A stretch of 64,000 nt of DNA from the human T2T-CHM13v2.0 reference genome, Homo sapiens: NCBI RefSeq assembly GCF_009914755.1, contig NC_060929.1; one strand, written 5' to 3'. Below are positions 1 through 16,369 of the stretch, piece by piece. Made by a program: the position numbers and the translations under genes. Below the pieces are notes generated by a model that ran no database searches, was not told where the DNA came from, and was given only the letters and a program-made list of their open reading frames with translations. Numbering within the stretch: the stretch's first letter is position 1; each line of letters starts with the position of its first letter.

Positions 1-177
1 AGTGGAATAGTGCTTAAGATCATGAACTCTGAAACAAGACTGACCCAGTTTAAATCCTGGCTCTTCTACTAATTAGTTGTATGACTTTGATTATAAGCTA
101 CATGCCTCATTTTCCTTATTTGTAAAGTAGGTATGATAATAAAAATATCTACCTCCCAGAGGTAGATAGTTATGAAT
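1..177 (+). mobile_element. MIR SINE (degenerate)
   Basis: MIR-like blocks 'ttaaatcctggctct..act..tagttgtatgactttg' and 'cctcattttccttatttgtaaagt.g.tatgataat'. Confidence 0.75.
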
Positions 178-194
178 GGTAACATTATAGTTCA

Positions 195-781
<587 letters not shown>

Positions 782-879
782 AATTGTTCAATAAAAACTG
801 CATTAAGATTTTTACATTAAAGTTTATAAATGAAAAATGATCACTATTTTCTACCCTAAGCCGACTTTGACTTCAAAGA

Positions 880-2200
880 TCCAAGAGCCATATAAATTGA
901 GTTGGGAACACTTCTTTATTTCTTTTTTTGTCTCTAGCATGTATTATGTGGATTATTGCTTTCTTGAAGATTTGGAACAAACTGCTTATAAAAACAAACA
1001 GGCTCATGATTTTTTGTATGAGTTAAATTTTAACTTCTTTAATTTTTTAATGTCTATTAAAGTTTTCTATTTACGGAACTTTGTATTATTTTGGTAAAAA
1101 TTATCTTGTTAATATGTTTCAATTTTATAGCATAAAGTTGTTTATAGTGTTCCTTTTCTAATGCATTTGTTAAGTCTCTAATCTACTTTTTACTATTAAC
1201 ATTAAATATTTTGCCCTTTCCTTTTTCTTATTCAATATTACTAGAAATTTTTCTGTTTCAAAAGAAAATATTTTGATATACATGTGTTTTCTCCATTTTC
1301 TATATTATCAGTTTGTATTTTTGTTACTTCCTTTTTTCGGTATTTTGGGGGGAATTTATTCTGCTCTTTTTCTAATTGATTTAGTAAAATGCCAGAATCA
1401 TTACTTTTCCATCTTTCTTTGTTTTCATATGAGAATTTTATGGCATATATTTTCCCATAAATGTTCTTTTCGTTGTAGTACACCAATTTTGATATGAAGA
1501 ACTATCTGTATCAGTTGTCAGTAAATTCTAAACTATTTTCTATTTTCCATAATAGCCCTTTTAATTGTTTTTGGTTTTAATGCTTATAATCCCTATTTCC
1601 TTATTTTCAAGTTATATATTTGTATCATTTTTTAAACTTACAGTTTGTGGCATTATCTAATGAGTTTTTGATGTGATCAATAACAACTTAACTGGTATCA
1701 ATCACCTTCACACCTCCCTACCATTCTCTGTTTATGCAGCTTCAGATTTGTCAAATGCATTGGAGGAAAATCAGCCATATATTTGAGGTTCCTGAAGCCT
1801 CTCACTTATGAATCTGAATTTGCAGCCTCTTGTCCCAAATCAGCAAATGCTCCCACAGAAAAATCAGCTGTGGAATATCAGGTTACATCTTAGCAGTTCT
1901 CCTTTCTCTGGAATTTTGACCCCTCTGGTTGTTATTAATGTGGCCACTCTCCAATATCTTTAAATAGATTTTTTTAAAAGTTATCTGGCTTTTCTAGGTA
2001 TTTTCATGGAAGCAATAATCTGATGCATGCCAATCCATTATCTAGAAGGAAAAAGTATCATTTCTATTCTCTGAATTATTTTTATTTCCTTCCAGGTCAG
2101 TCTTTCTCTTTTGTTTACTTTTGGTTTCTTTTTATATTTTAAGATTTTATCAAATATTAAGTAACCCTTCTCTGTTTTAAATTCACATTTATCAATAGCT
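880..2200 (-). mobile_element. Very old L1M fragments (ORF2 and probable 5' region), mosaic
   Basis: T-rich antisense L1-like sequence; boundaries approximate. Confidence 0.45.
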
Positions 2201-2469
2201 AACAGCATTGCATATATCACCAATTGGCAACCTTAATTTTAAAATTAGCAGGTAGGTGCTGATATGCTAGGGTCTGCACTTACCAGTTCCAGAATGCAGA
2301 GGGCTTTATCTTCCATCATTGTCACTCATACTAGCAATCCTTTTTTTTCTAGGTGTTTGTTTAACCTTTCAAATTAAAAAACTCTCCCTTTACCCACACT
2401 CACTAAGCCTAGTGGACATCCATTCTAGATGTAAAATAGGGAAGAGGTGAGATATGGAGGGGGTGAGTA

Positions 2470-2632
2470 AAGTGGTAAATGTCTTAGGTTTTGCTAGGCA
2501 TGTAATAATCTCTGCCACAATTACCCAGTTCTGCCCTTGTCATGCCTAAGCATACATAAACAATATGTAAATGAATGAGGCATTAGGCAGCTGAATGGAT
2601 TTGGCCTGTGGGTCATAAATTGCCAACTCATG
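2470..2632 (+). mobile_element. MER58A-like hAT-Charlie DNA transposon fragment
   Basis: 'gtaaatgtcttaggttttgc..ggcat' and terminal 'ggatttggcctgtgggtcataaattgccaactcatg'. Confidence 0.65.
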
Positions 2633-3732
2633 ACTCTGAAGAAATGATACATTTATGAGGATCTCTGGATACTTTAGATTATTCTGACTTGTCATTACTA
2701 TTTATTTAAAAAATGTAAGAATTGGAGATAAGTAAATTATAGACATGATTCTACTACATATCATCCCATACATATTTATAATTTTATCAGAGTGTAGATC
2801 TCAGGCTATTAAGAAACCTATCCTTTTAAAAATGTATGCTTACCACAGTAAATATGGAAAATATAATGTCAGTGTCCACGTTGAAATAGATGGAATAACT
2901 ACAAAGTCTTCATTCATCCATGTCTGAAATAAAACATTTTAAAACAGAAACAAATTATCTCAATCAAACCTCTTGTCTATTCCAAAGCAAATCATCTTCT
3001 TAAAACAGCATCAAAGTGATTGCATTTCTTGGCCCTAAATAAGGTCAATTTAATTACTTTTCTTATTTTAGTGAAACAAGATTAAACTACAGCCATGCTT
3101 TTTTTTCAGACACTAGGATCTTAAACATTTAGGTGTTTTTTTTTTCTTTTTTTTTTAAGGAGGAAAATACATTTATCCTTAGAAGTTTCCATTTGATATC
3201 AGAAATACAGAAACTTCTAAAGGACACAGCATGTTGCCTAGAATTTAATTGTTGGGGTGGCAAAGTGGGGACTACAACCATGCCATAGAGTACTTCTGTG
3301 GAAAAAAAAAAAATAAGAAATCACTCCAAAGATTCCTACCAAGAGCAAATTTCATTGAAGTACAGTTTTAGTTTTCTAATTACAAAAAGTCAGAAAAACT
3401 TAACCTGAGTCTTCTTGCTAATTGCTAAGTGCCCATCACCCAGTACAAATCAAAACTAGAGTGAATTTTCCCCAAACAAGAAAATCATATTTGATCATGT
3501 ATTTTCTTTGTTTATTCTATCTTTTCTAATTAATTTTGAAAGAAAATTGTTTTCTCTATGTGGCTATCTCTACATATTTTCCTATTTTCAACAGCAACCA
3601 CAAATGATACTAAATATTTTGGGCAAGAAAATTTGGTATATATCAGATTTACAGTTACCACTGGTTAGGAATTATGTTTCAAAGAAAAAAAAAAGACCAT
3701 ATCCACTGAACACATGTCCCAAGGAAGCTATC

Positions 3733-4136
3733 TATATTAGTCCATTCTTACACTACTATAAACATACTACCCAAGACTGGGTAATTTATAAAGGAGAGAG
3801 GTTAAACTGACTCACAGTTCTGCAGGCTTAACAGGAAGCATGATTAAGAGGCAGGCCTCATGAAACCTGCAATCATGGCAGAAGGCGAAGGGGGAAGCAA
3901 GCACGTCTTACATGGTGGCAGGTGTGAGAAGAGAGTGAAGTGGGAAGAGCCCCTTATAAAACCATCAAATCTCATGAGAACTCACTGACCATCATGAGAA
4001 AAGCATGGGGGAAACTGCCTCCATGATCCAATCACCTCCCTCCCTTGACCTGTGGGGATTACAGGTTCCTCCCTGGACATATGGAGATTAGAATTTGAGA
4101 AGAGATTGGGTGGGGACACAGAGCCAAACTATATTA
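3733..4136 (-). mobile_element. THE1D/MST-type MaLR solo LTR
   Basis: tatattagtccattct...gagccaaactatatta termini; 5-bp TSD ctatc/ttatc. Confidence 0.88.
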
Positions 4137-4149
4137 TTATCCTAACAAT

Positions 4150-4285
4150 TTTACATATATTATCTCATGCAATCTTCTCTTCTATTAAGGAATTCAATGA
4201 GAGGTAAGAGAGGTTAAGCAACTTACATCAGATCAATCAGCTATAAAGTGGCAAAATCAAGATTTGCCTCCTGAGTGCAGTCTTT
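4150..4285 (-). mobile_element. MIR fragment
   Basis: 'agaggttaagcaactt...cagcta..aagtggcaaaatcaagattt' antisense MIR core. Confidence 0.55.
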
Positions 4286-6329
4286 TGGGCATTTAAACTA
4301 CTTCCCAGAATGACCAAGTGAACATAGTCTCCTGTTTGTTGAGCTTATTCTTTTCCTCTCTATTCCCTTCAGTCTCAGGGCTGTAAATCATCACATTGGT
4401 GGCTTAAACCATATTTTCTCCAAATATGTTAAGTTTGGCCAGGAAATGAAACAAGTCACTTAGGTCTTAAAAAGGAACCTCAGAAACAAAATTCAAAGTG
4501 GAAACACCATTCTTTTATCATTTTGCAATGAATTTTTTTTAAAAATCTTAAATTCTTGGAAACACGCAGGTATCTCATACTCAAAGACACTAAAAAAGAA
4601 TGTTCTTTTATAATTTTTTTTGTTTTTTTTTTTTTTTGTTTGTTATATACTTAGTTCCGGGAACAGTGACTTTCATATTGAAGGCATTCAATGAATCTTT
4701 TGAATCAATAAATTTTTGAATAAAGTACCTTAAAACACACTGGTTGGCATTCACCACCAGTGATTTTCTGTGGTATAGTTCCCATTTTTCATTTACTTTT
4801 GGTTTTATTTCTCATTTGGTTAAATATGTCTTCAAGAATGGTGCCTTCAGAATGACTATACAGGAAGCATTAGGTATAGCAATCTAAAGGGGTTGGCGAC
4901 GGCTGACAGGAAGGATGTTTTGGGAGTCAAAACCATGGTTACACTGCAAGAATATATTTTTATTTATATTTTGTTTTCATTTAGAGTGTCTTGATCAACT
5001 GACTGGAGACTATTGGAGTGGGGGAAGTTAAACTCCTCTAAGCATTCCTTCAGTGCTACCAATTGCTATTGTGGGTAATTGTTTTTCCTTCTGCCTAAAT
5101 GCTTGTAAGATTTTTTTTTTCAATCTTGAGAGTAAAAGCTCACCAGAATGTGAGCTAAAGTTACAACACTTTAAATAAAGTGTTTTGCTTTCTTCCACTT
5201 AGGAAAATTATTATCTATGTTATGTGATTATTATTTCTGTTTCTTTTGTTTTGGTCTCCCCTTCAGTAATAAAAACCATGAAAAGGTGAGTCGTTACTCT
5301 TTCTCTTCCATATCTACGATTTTCTCTCTCATTGTTTTAATCTAAATCCTCTCAAATACTGTGAAGATTTTCTTTCACATTAAAAAATCATTTTCCTGTA
5401 GAGACATGCCTGTTCTTCATTGTCCTAAAGGTGGATTTTAATTTATTTGGAACAATTTTTACATATATTACCCATCTGACTTTAAATTTTATCCTAATGG
5501 GATCTATTTCCCTCAGGCCTTACTAATTTTCTGTTCTTTCTTAATATATAAAGTTATGATTGCCAAATCTCCCAGAGACTACAGATGACAGTTTTAAGAA
5601 GAACACTCTGTCTTTAGGCCTTGAAAATGCTGCTCTTTTTCTCTTAATTTGAAGTAATTTTAAAATAATCCTTTCCCCTTTTAAAATATCTTATTTTCCT
5701 CAACAGTGTATTTATATTAATTTGAGTCATTCTATAAGCCTACACTCATATAATCTCCTTTTCTGATCTTTAGGAAAATTAATATGTTCAAACCCCAGTA
5801 CAATTTCCTGCTTCTGAAAGGCTTCACCTATGTTACCCCTGTTATATATGGGTGGCACCTCCCTCCTAGCATATGAGATAGTTCTCTGCTGTGAAAATTT
5901 CCATGATGCTCTGTTTCCAGGGTCCCCACTTATATTCATAAACATCAATGATAAGTGGAACTGTCTTAAAATGTACTTCATCACTACTAGTCTCTATCAC
6001 CTACTTCCTGCTTTGTGTTTTTGAGGTTAAAATTTTGGTCTGCATTTAAAAAGAAGAGAGAGAGAAAAACAGAAACAATATTCTGTGTGCTTTGGAGTGT
6101 AGAACTCAGGTGCCATAGAGAGAGAACCCTAACTTCTCTGCCTAATACATACCCGAGGTCTGAGGGGACTGCATCTATTTATTACTCATTTCAACTGCTT
6201 TTTGTTTTTGTTTCCTTGCTGAAGTCTGCTACACACGAAAATATATAAAACTATAAAATAATTGATCCCATAGTTGTTTAGAAATTAAGAGTAAAAAAAT
6301 TGAGACTAGAAAAAATTGAAGGAAGGTAG

Positions 6330-6920
6330 GCATGCAGAGACCTCTTAGAAAGTTTGGGCAATCTGAATGGGGTTACTAAAAGGAAACTTGAATCTGCATT
6401 TTGGGAATATACTTCTGCTAACAACATAGAAAGGATTAGTGGAGCGTATGAGAACAGTTTGGTTGTTACCAGAATGGGAAGAAGAATAAATTATTGAACC
6501 AAAGGGTCAGCAATATGTGTTGGCAAGGTTGAGACAGATGGAAAAGATTTTCAAAGATGTAGTTTTCTGGAATTGAAAACCTCTGAACATGGCAATTGAG
6601 GGAGGAAGAGGCGTTAAAGGGACTCCCAGGTGTCCGCCTTGTCAATTACCAAGGAAAGAAAGTGGAGTTTCAGGGCAGGCTGAGGAGGGAATGTCATTTT
6701 TGGACATAATCACTTTAAGTTTATTTTGCTTTTAGAATATTTCAGATAAAGATGTGTAGTCATACATAAAATTCTGAATCCCAAGAGAGAGATCTGAATT
6801 GAAAGTAAATATTAATATGTCATCAGCCTTAAGGTTGTAGCTAAAGTCATGCATACGATTGCTCAGGGAGAGTTTGCTGAGTGAAAGATGAGCAGGCCAA
6901 AGACAGACCTCAGGGAAAAA
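6330..6920 (-). mobile_element. L2 LINE fragment
   Basis: Antisense L2-like blocks 'ttttggacat', 'gtcatcagccttaaggttgtagctaaagtcatg'. Confidence 0.6.
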
Positions 6921-7584
6921 TGGATCTTGGCCTATTTGTGACTTCATTACTCCTCATAGCCTTGTAAGCCTGTTTAAGCCTTGAGATTCAGCATTCAGCT
7001 TGCCTCAGGAACACTTTGATTGGATTAAGACCGTTGTTCCAGGGAATCAACTGAAGCTCAGACATCTCCTACCCAGCTCACCAGGCCTTGAGTTGTGGTG
7101 GCAATGTTGCCAGCTGAGACAGACAGAAGCAGGATGGAATTCTTTGCATAGAAGAGAGGGCCAGGCTTAGGATATTGAAGGTATCAATGGGAAACAGAGT
7201 AAATTACTCTGAAAAAATAAATGAATAGATGGGAAAGCAGAGTGGAGTAACAAAAAAGAAAAGCATAAATTGTGTTATCATCCGTCAATTATCAGAAGTA
7301 TTAAAAAGAAAAAAATATTAGTTATCTAAACCTAGGTCTATAATTTTTAGTGTGGCAGTAGACCCAAAACATGGCATACTCAAAATGCGGTGAAACAAAA
7401 TGATCCCAGTGGCCTGTGATGGGTAATAAAGTTAAATTAGGATAGGCTGATTGGGAGAAAAAAAATGTTGTCTAGCATTTCATATTTTGATGTGATTGAA
7501 AATTAGGTGTCATAAAATTAGAAAGATGAGACAGTTTATGATTTAAGTCAGACATGAGATATCAGAGCTCAAGATATTCAGATA

Positions 7585-7906
7585 CAGTTGTCCCTTGGTA
7601 TCAGCAGGGGATTGGTTTCCAGGACCCCTCGTGCATACCAAAATCCACAAATGCCTAAGTCTTTTCCATAAAATAGTGTAGTATTTGCATATAACCTAGG
7701 TACATTCTCCAGTATACGCTAGATCATCTCTAGATTACTTACAGTACCTGATATAATGTGATATAATGTAAATGCTATGTAAATCATTATTCTCTATTTT
7801 ATTTGTATTATTTTTATTGCTATATTTATATTTTCTGAATATTTTTGATTTGTGGTGGTTGGTTGAATCCATGGATGCAGATCCCATGGATATGGAAAGC
7901 TGACTA
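7585..7906 (+). mobile_element. MER2 (TcMar-Tigger MITE)
   Basis: TIRs cagttgtcccttggtatc... / ...ggatatggaaagctgacta, TA on both flanks. Confidence 0.88.
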
Positions 7907-8336
7907 TATTCCATGTATTGATAAGTTTAGGAAACATAGATGGAAGTAGGCTGTTAGAATAGTGTTGAAGGATATTGGAACGGAAGAAATCACATTACTT
8001 AGAATGTTAATAGGGTCATCCACATGGCAGTTGAAATCACTCAGGAGGATGTCAAAGAGGAAAACTGTGAAATAAGTAATTAATGAATTTAACAGAATGA
8101 TAGAATATTCAATGGGTTAGAGCAAGGCCATTAGAGATATGCATATTTTTCATGAAGATTGGAAAAATTGTATCTAAAAGTAACAGAGGACAGTGAAGAA
8201 AATGATATCACAATGTCTGACACAAACTGACATTAATAAAATATCTATTAAATGAATGAATGCGTCCTGATTCCCAATTCCTTGGTAACTTAAGTATGAA
8301 ATAATAAAATTCCACTGGAAAAAGTGCCAGGAGAAG

Positions 8337-9448
8337 TAGTGGTATGGTAGAACCACCTCATAACAAATTGGAGGAACTAATTACAATTTTTTCAGAAAAT
8401 CTGTGGACTAGTTGTTAAAATATTTAAAATTAAATTATATGAACTTACAATTAAGGCAGTAATATTAAAATCAAAGGTAATAAAAACTGAAATTCATCAT
8501 TTTCTAATTATTATACTATATTTTACTATTATTCATGCTCCTAGGGTTATTTCTACCTATAGTTTCTGGATGATGGAAATAATTACATAATGATGTACTG
8601 CTAGATATCTCTTCCCAACTCCTCACTCAGTAACACCATATTGGTATCTTGAAATTGGCTATGGTGGAGTTTTTATGCCATGGAAATAGGCAGATACTAC
8701 AGATTAGGGCTTAATTTTTTTTTTTTTTTTTTTTGTAAATTGTCTAGAAAAAATCTATTGCACAACTGCTGCCTGTTTTTCTAAATAAAGTTTTATTGGA
8801 ATATGGCCAGTTCAGTGGTATCGTCTATAGCTCCAACATAATGGCAAAGCACAGCACTTGCAACAGAGACCATATGGTCCTTAAGCCTAAAATATTTGCT
8901 ATCTAGTCCTTTAAGAAAAAGTTTGCCAACTCCTGGTCTAGACTTAAGAAAATAATGGAAAAAATGTTAATAATGCAGATTAAACTTAAAAGTGTGTCAT
9001 GTCTGTAGCCATTTCGTTGTGAATAGTACAAAGAAAAAAATAAAAAATACTCTTCCAATATTTGAAAAAACCATTTGGTTCACCAGTTACTCATGTTATT
9101 GAAAAATGAGTGTGATTCTGACATATGCCTTCATTGTTTCACTTTTAATTTACTCATTAATCCAAATGAAAATACGAATCAGCATTCTACATTCATTTGC
9201 AACTGTTGTTTGGTTATGGATACAAGAGTTCAGTAAAAATCAGTAAAAGGTTCTGTGCATATCAATTGGCTACACTGAATTTATAATGAGTATCATACAT
9301 TATTATTTATAAACTGTATGCCAGTAATTTACTGATATAAAACTGTATACATTTTATATCAGTAAAATGTATTTTTTAAAACCCTGTGTATATATACACA
9401 TGTTTGTTTCAGGGAGTCCGTTGTTAAATATTTGCCAGAATACCACTG
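8337..9448 (+). mobile_element. MER63 (MER63D-like) hAT DNA transposon, near full length
   Basis: Termini tagtggtatggtag / ccagaataccactg; internal blocks match recalled MER63 consensus (aattaaattatatgaacttacaatt; gcagattaaacttaaaagtgtgtc); orientation uncertain. Confidence 0.8.
8750..8935 (-). mobile_element. MER58A nested in MER63, 8-bp TSD gtctagaa/gtctagac
   Basis: 'aaataaagttttattggaa...aaaagtttgccaactcctg' with hAT-type 8-bp duplication. Confidence 0.82.
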
Positions 9449-10866
9449 AGTAATATGAAGATATTACAGATGCAGAAAGTTAATTCATAATTGAACATGT
9501 TTCCTACAGGGCGTTATGATTTTATTGCTACAGAAGATCAGTAGTAAAGGATGAAGGTTGGTAAGGATCATTAAACAGTACAGAGATTAAAGTACAAAAG
9601 TAAATGTGACCAAAATCAGAATTTTGATTTATAAATATGGATGATCATCACTGAATTAGGAGGCAAAAATGGTTATTACTAGTCCTGACCCTTCAAAGGC
9701 AATTCTGGCATAGATAGTTTTGGTGTCAGAAGAAGGTGATGTCCTTAGGATACTGAGTGGCTTTTTATACTAGTAGTTTGCCTACTGTACTCAGGCATTC
9801 CAAACTGAATGTTGATGAATGTTCACCTATTCAGGTAGAGAGACAACACAAGAGACCCTCAGTACTTGCGGGAACTAAGTCAGCCTCTGTGTCTAGTGCA
9901 CAGAAGATATTCCAGTCCATTACTCAGTATTGTGTAGGAATCCTGGATTCTGTTACCTTCTCTACCAGCCTATTTCACATGGTTCCAAATTCTCTATATT
10001 TCAAGTCTTTATCTACAAAGGATTGTTGCCACTCTACTCCATCTATCTCTTAAGGCAGTTATGAATCTAACTGAGAAAATATGGTGAGATCAGTGTAAGA
10101 CACTTAAATGAAAGGCATAAGATTAGTTCAAAGCACTTTGCCTAGAGAAAGTATTCAGTGCTTTTACCTGAAAATAAAATACAGAAAGCTTTTGAGATAA
10201 AACTTAATTTTCTGTAGTTAACAGTGGGAAATTAGTGTATCATTTATTGGCCCAGTATTAAGATTTAGGTGAATAAAAATCTAGGCCTATATACATGACC
10301 CTTTTTTGTATATCAAAAAGTAATAGAGTTTTTTTTTGTTGGAAATTGAGAGCTCTCAAATAGACTAATTGAAATTTGTAAACAAGGGCCACGGCAGCCG
10401 ATGCACTCAGGTCACCCAGAGACTATGGAATTTATTAGACATCATTGGCATCTACAACATGGTGAAAGCTGTATTGTCCCTGGCACTCTGAGTGCAATTA
10501 TTTTGATTTTTCTCTGAGCTTTAAGGTATGAGCTTACACAACAGGGTATAATGTTCTAATCACAATGTTTGACCTCTTCCATATCTACCAGTCACTTCAC
10601 AAATGTTCCAATTGTCATTTGTTATGTCTAGCTGCTATTGGAGAAAGCTTCCTAATTACATTGTCTAATTATCTTAACAAAATGCAAGGAATGCCTTTTT
10701 CAAAGGAAGGGGAAAACTAGCAAAAGTGAGAAAAGGACACTGATAGACATTCGTTAAAATGTTAACTCAGATGATAATTACAGAGACATCTAGAAAGAGC
10801 TTTAAGAAGATAATCAAGACACAAGAGACAAAAATTATCAACCTCACTGACAACTGTTTGACTGCT

Positions 10867-13286
<2,420 letters not shown>

Positions 13287-15439
13287 TTAATAAAATATTG
13301 TTTGCTAACAGGGAACAATAAAAATTTGGAAAATTCACCAACGTTCTATAACATGGAGGCCTTGAAATTCCCAACCTCACATAGCTGCATTTCTAGAAAA
13401 GCATTTTAAAAATTAACTGAGGTCCTGGGTCACCAGATTGAAACCTTTCCTCTAAGATATGAGGTATGCCTTTTAAAGTTCAGATTTAGCTGTATCAGTG
13501 TGCAGGTGTGTGTATTAGGAAAGGATTAAACTAAATAATAAAGGCTTTGACCTGCGAGACGAAGCCCTGATATTCTTGTATCAAGCTGTCTCTCTCTAGA
13601 TGGTAGAGTTAATAACATTTGTTTCTCTTGTGACAAAGATTGGATTCCTTGATTATTCCAACAAGGTCAGAATAAATCACTGTACTAAGAAGATGGAGTA
13701 GGAAAAAGAAGGTGTGTTTTCCAGAGTCTCAAAGATAGTAGCTTTGGCAAGAAGCAAAAGTTATCTTTTTTTCTTCAAGTTTTAAACAAAGTCAATATAT
13801 TGATGATCATTGTTTAAAAAATATATAAACAGGCATTATAGCCCATGCATCTTCTATTTACCTTAAGGTCAGTTTTCCACAGGAGAAAAGTTGGGAGCAG
13901 AAATAAGAGTTCAGATTTCCATCTGCCTACTATGTAGTTAGACAACTTTTCTCCCAAAGCCAGCTGAAGCAGCTGTCTTCTCTCTGAGTTTCTCAAGAAG
14001 ACAAATCAAACAAGGAAGCAGAAATCCAGCCTAATTAAACTCGTGGCTGGAACTCGAAGGATAAGTACACTTGTGCACAGAATATAGGTTGGAAAAAAGC
14101 TTTTATTTCATTCTCCGTACTACTAAATTTGAACCTCTCTCTGAGCCTGACCTACGCCCCTTCAATATGACATAGTAAGGGTATTACGGATAGTGTTCAC
14201 AAAAAGCAGTTTTTCAAGCAGCCTCTGGAGCCATTATCACTGCACTGCTCCAGACTAGTGAGAAGGTAGGTAGCAGCCTTTATGGTCTCAAGCCGTAGCA
14301 GTGTGGCTCTGCAAGCACAAGACCTTGATGTCCCCGTAGTAGCTTGTCATCTTTAACAAGGTCTGGCTGCACTTCTGTGGGTGAGTCTCACACTGGACCC
14401 TTGGTACGAGTATCATATTCAACAGCCAGTCTATAAAACTCTCCAGTGTGGCCATCTGTTAGTCCTCAACAGAACAGGAAGAATGAATTTGAAGATGAAG
14501 TTCTTCCCCAATTATCAATGGCATCATTTCCTTAAAGGTCTTTGCAGAGAGATAGTCCATATGGGCAGAGAAATGTCCACATACCAGTGTCTATACTCTA
14601 TTTCTTAACCTGCAGTTATAGATTTCAATTTTGGAAAGGTTTTAAAAAGCAACACAGGCCTCTGGTTTCCTAGAGTAACTTGCCTGTTGTTTTCTTCTTA
14701 CTGCAAGAAAATAACAATACTGTATACACTGGTACCAAATCAACCCATAATACTGCAGATTACCTCCTTTCTTGAGTAGAGCATTTGAAAGGCTAATAGC
14801 CAGCAATACATCCTCTCAAATCTCTGAGAACATTTCTCTATGAGGTTTGGAGAGCAGGTACTTATTTATTTTCTTTCAAAGATACATAGCCCCAAAGAGA
14901 TGGCCTTAAGCCCGCTGAGCATGTGGGATGAATACTCACAACAGTTAACATATGGCACTCCATTCGGCTATCATTTCAAAAATGCAATAATGGAATTATC
15001 TTCTTTGGAGGTATGTCTTAAGTCACTGTATAAGAAATAGAGAGTGGATAGCTTCCACATTCCTCTCCAAAGCAATAGCTGCATCTCAGATGTGGCTGAA
15101 ATAAGCAACTGATGATCTGCCACCTGCACAGCAACCAACATTTCCTGGGATATGAGACAGCCACAGCAGTTGCTAAGGGGGAAATAACTCCACCATTCTG
15201 GCATAATAGTGGAGTTCAGGGTGCTAATCTGAGGCATATGTTTTCACCTGACAACAATAAGTACACCTTTGTGGGAAGAGTGTTCTGACCCCTAACGGGG
15301 ATCTAGTTTGAGCTGAGGTAAAGTTGAGAAGACCCAGGAACACCTCTGAAGGAATCAAGGTACACTTTGTCACCTTCATTCCTGTGTCACCCTGTGTTAC
15401 CAAAGCAGCAGCAATTCTGCTTGAAGTTTACAACATGAA

Positions 15440-15649
15440 AATGCTGCCTGAGTTCCTAGCCTGCCGACCCACCTGTAGATTTCAGACTCAAACTGTTCTA
15501 ACAGTAACTCTTCCTGTACATCCAGACTACACATTTCACACTCATTGACCCCACAATCACATGAGCCAAGTCCTTAAAATCTTTCTCTGGTTAGATAATA
15601 GATAGATAGATATTCCATTGGTTCTTTTTCTCTGGAGAACTCTAATACA
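15440..15649 (+). mobile_element. MLT2 (ERVL) LTR 3' part
   Basis: 'ccccacaatcacatgagccaagtccttaaaat...attggttctttttctctggagaactctaataca'. Confidence 0.75.
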
Positions 15650-15749
15650 CGTGAGACTATATCAATTCCTGTTTTGTTACATAGAGCTCTCATAATAAGC
15701 AAATGTAAACACGGAATGCAAATAAAAAAGAATGGCTTTTATTGGAGCA

Positions 15750-15945
15750 TTAAAAAGTGCCTGATGCAGTACTTATATTTGACATAAGTTTTCTCACTGA
15801 AGTTAAAACAGCAGGTTTTCTCACTGAAGTTAAAACAGGCACTCCTTTTATAAATAAGGAAAGAGATTAGAGAGTTTAAGTAACTTTCTAAAGGATATTC
15901 AATCTGGCACCTGGATCTAAGGTTTCTAAAGCTTGTGCTGTCTAA
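15750..15945 (-). mobile_element. MIR fragment carrying a 27-bp tandem duplication
   Basis: Antisense MIR core 'aaataaggaaa...agagtttaagtaactttctaaagg'. Confidence 0.5.
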
Positions 15946-16369
15946 AACATTACATTTCTGTCAAACTTTAAAACATCTATATTCTCAATAAACCAACTTT
16001 CTTGTTTAAAAAGTGATGGTAATATTAAGAAAGCTTACAGAGAAAATAATAATCAAGAGAAAATAATTGGTAATTATAAATCATTTTAACATGCAGGACA
16101 TGATGAAAAGAATCAATACGAATAACTAATCATTCATCTCATTGCAATCTGAGTCTACTCAAGGATCTGTACTGTATTACCTGTACCGTATTAAACTTAG
16201 AAACATAGACCATCAATGCTTTATATTCTGATTCTGTGCAATTATAATTGAGTCAGATTCACAACTTTAAAAAAGTCATCTAGAATATTCTGAAATTAAT
16301 GGTAGCCTGCAGGATAAGATAACATGAATATTATCAGCTATTTATATTCAAGACAAAGTTTACAGTATA

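Noticed and set aside
6940-7100. LTR-like segment interrupting L2
   Set aside because: Could not assign termini, TSD or family
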